From the NCBI GenBank assembly GCA_018814445.1, contig JAHIZV010000139.1, positions 4,342-68,341 of the forward strand: a DNA stretch of 64,000 bases, in the 5' to 3' direction. The translations under genes and the position numbers were made by a program. The notes below the pieces were generated by a model. The model saw only the letters and a list, made by a program, of their open reading frames with translations. It was not told where the DNA came from and ran no database searches. The stretch comes from Verrucomicrobiota bacterium. Its GTDB lineage: Bacteria; Verrucomicrobiota; Kiritimatiellia; JAHIZV01. This document shows positions 60,401 to 64,000 of this stretch, piece by piece. Positions within the stretch are counted from its first letter, which is position 1, and the number at the start of each line of letters is the position of its first letter.

Positions 60401-61410
60401 TGAAATGGGCTGATCCGGATGCGTTGCAGGGATTGTGGAAGCTGATCCTTCTTGCCGTTGTTCTCTATGTCGGCGTGCGGCATCGACGGCGGAGGCTGGC
60501 AAAGATGGCGGATCCCCGGGCTCTTGCTGCACTTGCCGGAAACCTGCATCCTACCCGTTATCAGCATCGTCAGATGCTCTGGTTCATTGCGGTCGCTCTG
60601 CTCTTCCTCTCCGTCGCGCGGCCACAGTGGGGTTTCAAGTGGCAGGAAGTCAAACGCCGCGGGCTGGATATGATCGTCGTCCTTGACACCTCAAACAGTA
60701 TGCTGGCAACCGACGTGAAACCCAATCGCCTCCAGCGCGCGAAATGGGGCATCAAAGACGTCATACAGAATCTCAAAGGAGACAGAGTCGGGCTCGTTAC
60801 TTTTGCCGGAAGTGCTTTCCTCCAATGCCCGCTCACTATCGACTACGGCGCTTTTCTAATGAACCTGGAAGACGTCTATGCGGGCATTATTCCTCGCGGC
60901 GGAACGGCGATTTCTCAAGCACTGCAGAAGGCCATCGAGAGCTTTGACGACAAGACAGGGGCTGACCGCGTTATCGTGCTGATTACGGACGGCGAAGACC
61001 ACGAGGGAGATCCCAGATCACTCCTTCCCCTCCTCAAGGAGGAGAAGATCAAAGTCTACTCAGTCGGTGTCGGCAGTCTTGAAGGTGATTTGATTCCTCA
61101 GCAGGACGACGGCGGCAGAATGGGGTTCCTCAAGAATAAGAACGGAGAAGTCGTCAAATCGGCCCTCCAGGAGAGCGCGCTGCAGGATCTGGCGCTGGCG
61201 ACGGGAGGCAGCTATGTCCGTTCCGCGCCGGGCGATTTCGGACTCGATCGACTTGTCGAACAGGGCATGGCGAATCTTCAGCGGGACGAACGGGAGTCGC
61301 GCATGGTCAAACAGTATGAAGACCGATTCACGTGGTTCATCGCCGCGGCCATGATTCTCCTCGCCGTCGAAGCCGTCTGGACTGAACGAGTAAAGGGAGT
61401 GCGCGCGTGA
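60400..61410 (+). CDS. batB: vWA domain protein BatB
   Basis: ARPQWG, DTSNSM, CPLTID, ITDGEDH. Confidence 0.93.
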   Translation: MKWADPDALQGLWKLILLAVVLYVGVRHRRRRLAKMADPRALAALAGNLHPTRYQHRQMLWFIAVALLFLSVARPQWGFKWQEVKRRGLDMIVVLDTSNSMLATDVKPNRLQRAKWGIKDVIQNLKGDRVGLVTFAGSAFLQCPLTIDYGAFLMNLEDVYAGIIPRGGTAISQALQKAIESFDDKTGADRVIVLITDGEDHEGDPRSLLPLLKEEKIKVYSVGVGSLEGDLIPQQDDGGRMGFLKNKNGEVVKSALQESALQDLALATGGSYVRSAPGDFGLDRLVEQGMANLQRDERESRMVKQYEDRFTWFIAAAMILLAVEAVWTERVKGVRA

Positions 61411-62240
61411 GACCGACACGATCCATTCTTCTCCTCTGCATATTCCTCGGCACAATACGTGCTGCCTCCTCGGAAGATGCGCGTTCCATGCTACGTGAAG
61501 GCGCCGGGAAGATGAAAGAAAACGCATTCGCGGAGGCCGCGCCGTTGTTTGAACAGGCTCAGTCCCAGGCCCCTGACGAGGGTCTCGATCCCGCCGTTGC
61601 GGCATACGACAAGGGAAATGCTTTGTACCGCGCAGGCCTGTACGATCAGGCTATCAGCGCCTTCACGGAGGCCCAGTCGTCGCCGGACCTGGGCCTTCAG
61701 CAGCGGGCCTATTTCAACCGGGGCAATGCCCTCGTTGAGCAAAGCAAGGCCCTTGTTGAAGAACAACAGCAAATGGACGCAGGAATTCAAGGTCTCGAAG
61801 CCGCCCTGGCGGCCTATGAGCGCGCCATGTCGCTCAGTCCGGGGGACAAAGCCCCGAAGATCAACTATGAACTCGCGGACCAACTCAAACAGCAGTGGCA
61901 GGAGATGCAGCAACAGCAGCAGGATCAACAACAGCAGGACCAACAGCAGCAGAATCAGAAGAACGAGGATCAGAAGGAGCAAGATCAGTCCGACCAGCAA
62001 CAACAGGACCAGCAACAGCAGCAGGATCAACAGGACCAGTCAAATCAACAGAAGGAGCAGCAACAGCAATCGCCACAGCAACAGCAGCAAAGTCCTTCAG
62101 GCGAACTGCAGCGGCCCGAAGAGATGACGCCGGAGGAAGCCATGATGCTGCTGGATGCTCTGAAGGAAGAAGAGCAGGCCGACAGAGACAAGATGCGACT
62201 CTTGCTTGGACGCCCCATGCCCGCGGACAAAGACTGGTGA
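61407..62240 (+). CDS. batC: TPR protein BatC with Gln-rich linker
   Basis: TPRs (YDKGNALY, YFNRGNAL), Q/D-rich tract, ends KDW. Confidence 0.9.
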   Translation: MRPTRSILLLCIFLGTIRAASSEDARSMLREGAGKMKENAFAEAAPLFEQAQSQAPDEGLDPAVAAYDKGNALYRAGLYDQAISAFTEAQSSPDLGLQQRAYFNRGNALVEQSKALVEEQQQMDAGIQGLEAALAAYERAMSLSPGDKAPKINYELADQLKQQWQEMQQQQQDQQQQDQQQQNQKNEDQKEQDQSDQQQQDQQQQQDQQDQSNQQKEQQQQSPQQQQQSPSGELQRPEEMTPEEAMMLLDALKEEEQADRDKMRLLLGRPMPADKDW

Positions 62241-62274
62241 TTCAGGATGGAGATTCTGAAGACCTCGCTTTAGA

Positions 62275-64000
62275 GTGAAATCTGTTATGAGACGTTGGCA
62301 ATCCAATCCAGTCAGGCGGCAGAAACCACGCACGCTGATCGCTGTTGTGGTTACTCTGCTGGCAGCTCTCACCTACGCCTTCGCGGATGTCTCAGTTACC
62401 TTTGACGTTCAGCCCCGGACCATCAAAGTCGGCGATTCCGCCGTGTGTACGTTCACCATTCGCGGAGCCAACAACCCCTCAACTCCCTCATTGCCTCAGA
62501 TTGATGGTCTGCAGTTCAGCGGACCTGCGGTCCAGCGGAATTTCTCAATGGTCAACGGTAAGATTGATAATTACGTGTCGTATCAATACCAGGTCGTGCC
62601 TATTCGCAACGGCAGCTTCTCAATCGGCCCGTTTAAGTACCAGGCTGGCAATCAGGTTCTCGACCTGCCATCCATCACGCTTCAGGCCTTATCTCGGTCG
62701 GCAGACGCATCACAATCCGGACAGCAACAGGGGCAGGACTGGCTTTTTGCCAGACTCAGTGCCAGCAAGACAAACGTGATCAACCAGGAGAGCTTCGAGA
62801 TACTGATTTCCGTGTATATCGCTCAGGGACTCAGCATCGGTCGTGAGATATCTCTTGCCAACATGCCTGATGCCGGATTGACCATTCAGAACTTTCATGA
62901 AATCAGCGGTGTTCGGGAGGCCGTCAACAACAAGGCTTACGAAGTAAAGAGGTTCCGGGCGAACGCCCGTGCCCTCACGGAAGGAACATTCGTCCTGGAA
63001 CCTGTCATCCGAGCCAGTCTGCGGGTTCCAAGAAATTCACGCAGTCGTCCGAGAAGCATGTTTGACGACTCCTTTTTCGACAGCTTCTTCGGTCGAACTG
63101 AAGCACAACCCGTCGATCTTCACGTTAAACCCGTCAACATCACCGTCGCCGCCGTGCCCGGCGAAGGCAAACCTGAGTCTTTCTCGGGGGCTGTGGGACT
63201 TTTCACATTCGATGTCGATGTGAAACCGACCGAGCTGACCGTCGGTGATCCCGTCACCATGACGGCGCGAATCGCGGGACAAGGCAATATAGACTCCTTA
63301 TCCGCCCCATTGCTCAAGGCCGATGACCATTTCAAACTCTACGAGTCCCGACTTGTTTCAAAGAACATCAATGAAGCAGGAACGGCCGGCGAGAAAATAT
63401 TCGAACAGGTTCTGATTCCGCGGTCGGAGGACGCCGCCACAGTCCCCCCCCTTGAATTCTCATTCTTTGACCCGGAGAAGAAAGCCTATCAGGTAATTCG
63501 CCGAGGGCCGTTCACACTGGCGCTCAAGCCCGCTGAAAATGGAACCGCCCGCATAGTGCAGTCGACAACCGAACGTGCCGGCCCAACAAGGATTCTAGGA
63601 ACGGACATCGTTTATCTTAAACCGCCTCCTTCAGCCTGGAACGACACTCTGAAAAGCGCCGTATACACGCGGTCATCGTTCTGGATTGTCCAAGCCATCC
63701 CCTTACTGGGTGTAGCGCTGGTGTATGTTACCTCTCTCCGGAAGCGCCAACTGCAGACAGATGTGGCTTTCGCCCGCAGGCAGAGAGCCCCGAAGGCGGC
63801 GCGAGCGGGACTTAGAAAAGCCGAAACGGCCCTTCGGGAAACCAATGCAGCTGAGTTCTATGAAGCGATGTGGGATGCCCTGTCCTCCTATTTCGGGAAC
63901 CGGCTCAATCTTGCGCCGGGCGAAGTCACAGACCGGTCCATTCTGGATGCTGTGGAGCATTCAGGAATGGAAATGTCAGACATAAGCATCCTCAAGTCAC
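62275..64000 (+). CDS. batD: BatD-family protein, runs off the window end (absent from the ORF track)
   Basis: Open frame from GTG 62275 / ATG 62287: signal peptide, FSGAVG, VGDPV, GQGNI, FSFFDP, DIVYLK, TM helix. Confidence 0.9.
   Translation, partial: MKSVMRRWQSNPVRRQKPRTLIAVVVTLLAALTYAFADVSVTFDVQPRTIKVGDSAVCTFTIRGANNPSTPSLPQIDGLQFSGPAVQRNFSMVNGKIDNYVSYQYQVVPIRNGSFSIGPFKYQAGNQVLDLPSITLQALSRSADASQSGQQQGQDWLFARLSASKTNVINQESFEILISVYIAQGLSIGREISLANMPDAGLTIQNFHEISGVREAVNNKAYEVKRFRANARALTEGTFVLEPVIRASLRVPRNSRSRPRSMFDDSFFDSFFGRTEAQPVDLHVKPVNITVAAVPGEGKPESFSGAVGLFTFDVDVKPTELTVGDPVTMTARIAGQGNIDSLSAPLLKADDHFKLYESRLVSKNINEAGTAGEKIFEQVLIPRSEDAATVPPLEFSFFDPEKKAYQVIRRGPFTLALKPAENGTARIVQSTTERAGPTRILGTDIVYLKPPPSAWNDTLKSAVYTRSSFWIVQAIPLLGVALVYVTSLRKRQLQTDVAFARRQRAPKAARAGLRKAETALRETNAAEFYEAMWDALSSYFGNRLNLAPGEVTDRSILDAVEHSGMEMSDISILKS

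Noticed and set aside
61906..62090. CAG/CAA-rich repeat
   Set aside because: Ordinary Gln-rich linker typical of BatC proteins

Overview
A GC-rich, gene-dense bacterial chromosomal window. The gene styles suggest a PVC-superphylum organism, probably Kiritimatiellia-like; this is an inference. In order it contains: a PTS-IIA gene and a six-subunit Ehr (hydrogenase-4-like, no NiFe ligands) membrane complex whose first subunit is frameshifted at a G8 tract; a convergent Rrf2-sufT-sufCBD-Rieske-sufS-sufU operon; a radical SAM enzyme, an FNR-like protein, murB, pduO and suhB; a family-B DNA polymerase followed by gspG and a second pseudopilin; GT2, an epimerase and lptD; recR-ybaB-dnaX with a large (Alu-domain) SRP RNA; surE, proC and yggS; two secreted proteins sharing a C-terminal module; two MscS channels, a beta-CASP nuclease, CorA, two histidine kinases and trmL; and a MoxR/DUF58/Bat cluster running off the end. 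There are three tRNAs (Asn, Thr, Ala). I found no CRISPR array, transposase or integrase. The most striking unexplained signal is more than 20 short degenerate tandem arrays (mostly 7-mers, from several unrelated families) at gene junctions. They are often paired in inverted orientation and often translated into protein termini. Other notable signals are several nested palindromic REP-like elements, including an 18-nt hairpin inserted in the conserved Alu U-turn of the SRP RNA. Everything was read by eye; no searches were run.
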